From: a virus
Reading direction: 5' to 3' (one strand)
Virus record (IMG/VR): IMGVR_UViG_3300023223_000479
DNA: 27,534 nt
Part shown: piece by piece, positions 26,659-27,534 of the stretch
Numbering within the stretch: position 1 is the stretch's first letter
How the letters are laid out: each line of letters starts with the position of its first letter
Position numbers and translations under genes: made by a program
The notes under the pieces: generated by a model
The model's input: only the letters and a program-made list of their open reading frames with translations
The model's database searches: none
Told to the model about the DNA's origin: nothing

Positions 26659-26673
26659 TGTAAAAATTTTACA
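26659..26673. repeat. Palindrome copy 15 (between convergent stops)
   Basis: TGTAAAAATTTTACA, exact; fills 15 of the 20 intergenic bases. Confidence 0.9.
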
Positions 26674-26676
26674 CAT

Positions 26677-27534
26677 CTAATTATTCAACAGCAATAGCAT
26701 CTCTAACTTAGCCTCCTGAGTATCTAACCTCCAATCCACAACCTTATTTAACACAAACACCCCTCCACTAAACCCCTGTAGGTGTAATATCTTTGGTAAG
26801 TTAAAATTCAAAGATTTAATATCACTATTTCTAAGGTTAACCCATACATCAAACCTCATACCCCTACTCAGCAGATCCGTTAGAAACTTATAGTCTGTGG
26901 TGTGTGTTCCCGGCTTAATCACTGGGTTAGGCACTATCACATTTCCCGTACCCCCTATATCTGGACTATTCGGATTAATAGAGAAATCGTTATAGATTAA
27001 AGGATCTCTTGTATTCTGGTAATAATCCACCTGATACGCAAACGGTAAAAGCCCCTCTACAGTTGTTACCGTATCGTTATTAAACCTCCACCTAATTAGC
27101 GTACCTGCTCCTCCTATCCATCCTAAATCTGTCGCATCTAATAACCCCTCAAACTTAATAAGCCTAGGATTTAAATCATGACTTATTATCTCTAAAGGAT
27201 CTTTCTCCTCTGCCTGTTCTGGTACAGGAGTATTTTTCATCAGACTAGGCATTATAGACTTCCACCCATCCAAGTCTATATCATGAAACTGCCAATAACC
27301 CCATTTAACGTTAAGAGCAGCCTTGCCTAGAGTTATAGTTACTGCTCCATCAGGAGGAGGAGGAGCATTTGGTCCCTGGATAATCCTGTACCTTACCTGA
27401 TCACCTACCTGTAGACATCCATACCACTCAAAATTAAACCCTACTCCTATATACTCTGCTGTTGCTGTAGGTACTCCATTAACTTCTAGTTGCCATAGAT
27501 GGTAATCGCTTACTAATAAATCGGCTATAGTCAA
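26677..27534 (-). CDS. Putative tail/structural protein, 5'-truncated at the window edge
   Basis: C-terminus VNLRNSDIKSLNF...FVLNKVVDW...AKLEML resembles Bacteroidota siphophage tail proteins; lies upstream of the tape measure gene. Confidence 0.55.
   Translation of the reverse strand: MTIADLLVSDYHLWQLEVNGVPTATAEYIGVGFNFEWYGCLQVGDQVRYRIIQGPNAPPPPDGAVTITLGKAALNVKWGYWQFHDIDLDGWKSIMPSLMKNTPVPEQAEEKDPLEIISHDLNPRLIKFEGLLDATDLGWIGGAGTLIRWRFNNDTVTTVEGLLPFAYQVDYYQNTRDPLIYNDFSINPNSPDIGGTGNVIVPNPVIKPGTHTTDYKFLTDLLSRGMRFDVWVNLRNSDIKSLNFNLPKILHLQGFSGGVFVLNKVVDWRLDTQEAKLEMLLLLNN

Noticed and set aside
1100-26673. Palindrome repeats as a CRISPR array or as intrinsic terminators
   Set aside because: Spacing is irregular (about 150 bp to 5.5 kb), there are no cas genes, and an AT-rich stem with a 1-nt centre and no U tail would be a poor terminator
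1-27534. Stop-codon reassignment, as in some Bacteroidota phages
   Set aside because: Genes are full length under code 11, and TAG, TGA and TAA all end tightly packed genes
1-27534. tRNA, rRNA, integrase or transposase genes
   Set aside because: None recognisable; intergenic gaps are short and mostly accounted for

Overview
This window is part of a tailed dsDNA phage (Caudoviricetes, probably a siphovirus). The host is likely Bacteroidota, judging from TTG/TAG-N20-TAnnTTTG promoters and Bacteroidota-phage-type portal, capsid and tail proteins. Almost all genes are on the minus strand. Reading from the right: truncated tail protein, tape measure, S49 prohead protease/scaffold, major capsid, tail tube, portal and adaptor. 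A replication module follows: DnaB-like helicase, ParB-like HTH protein, N6-adenine methyltransferase, primase, SF2 helicase, family A DNA polymerase, UvsY-like protein and a truncated gp32-like SSB. Two small AT-rich plus-strand islands have their own promoters. The most striking unexplained signal is a 15-bp palindrome, TGTAAAAWTTTTACA, found 15 times (13 exact) and occupying most of the larger intergenic gaps, in a phage that encodes a ParB-like protein with no ParA in the window. This is a candidate phage parS/operator-like system. All protein calls come from motif recognition by eye, with no database search.
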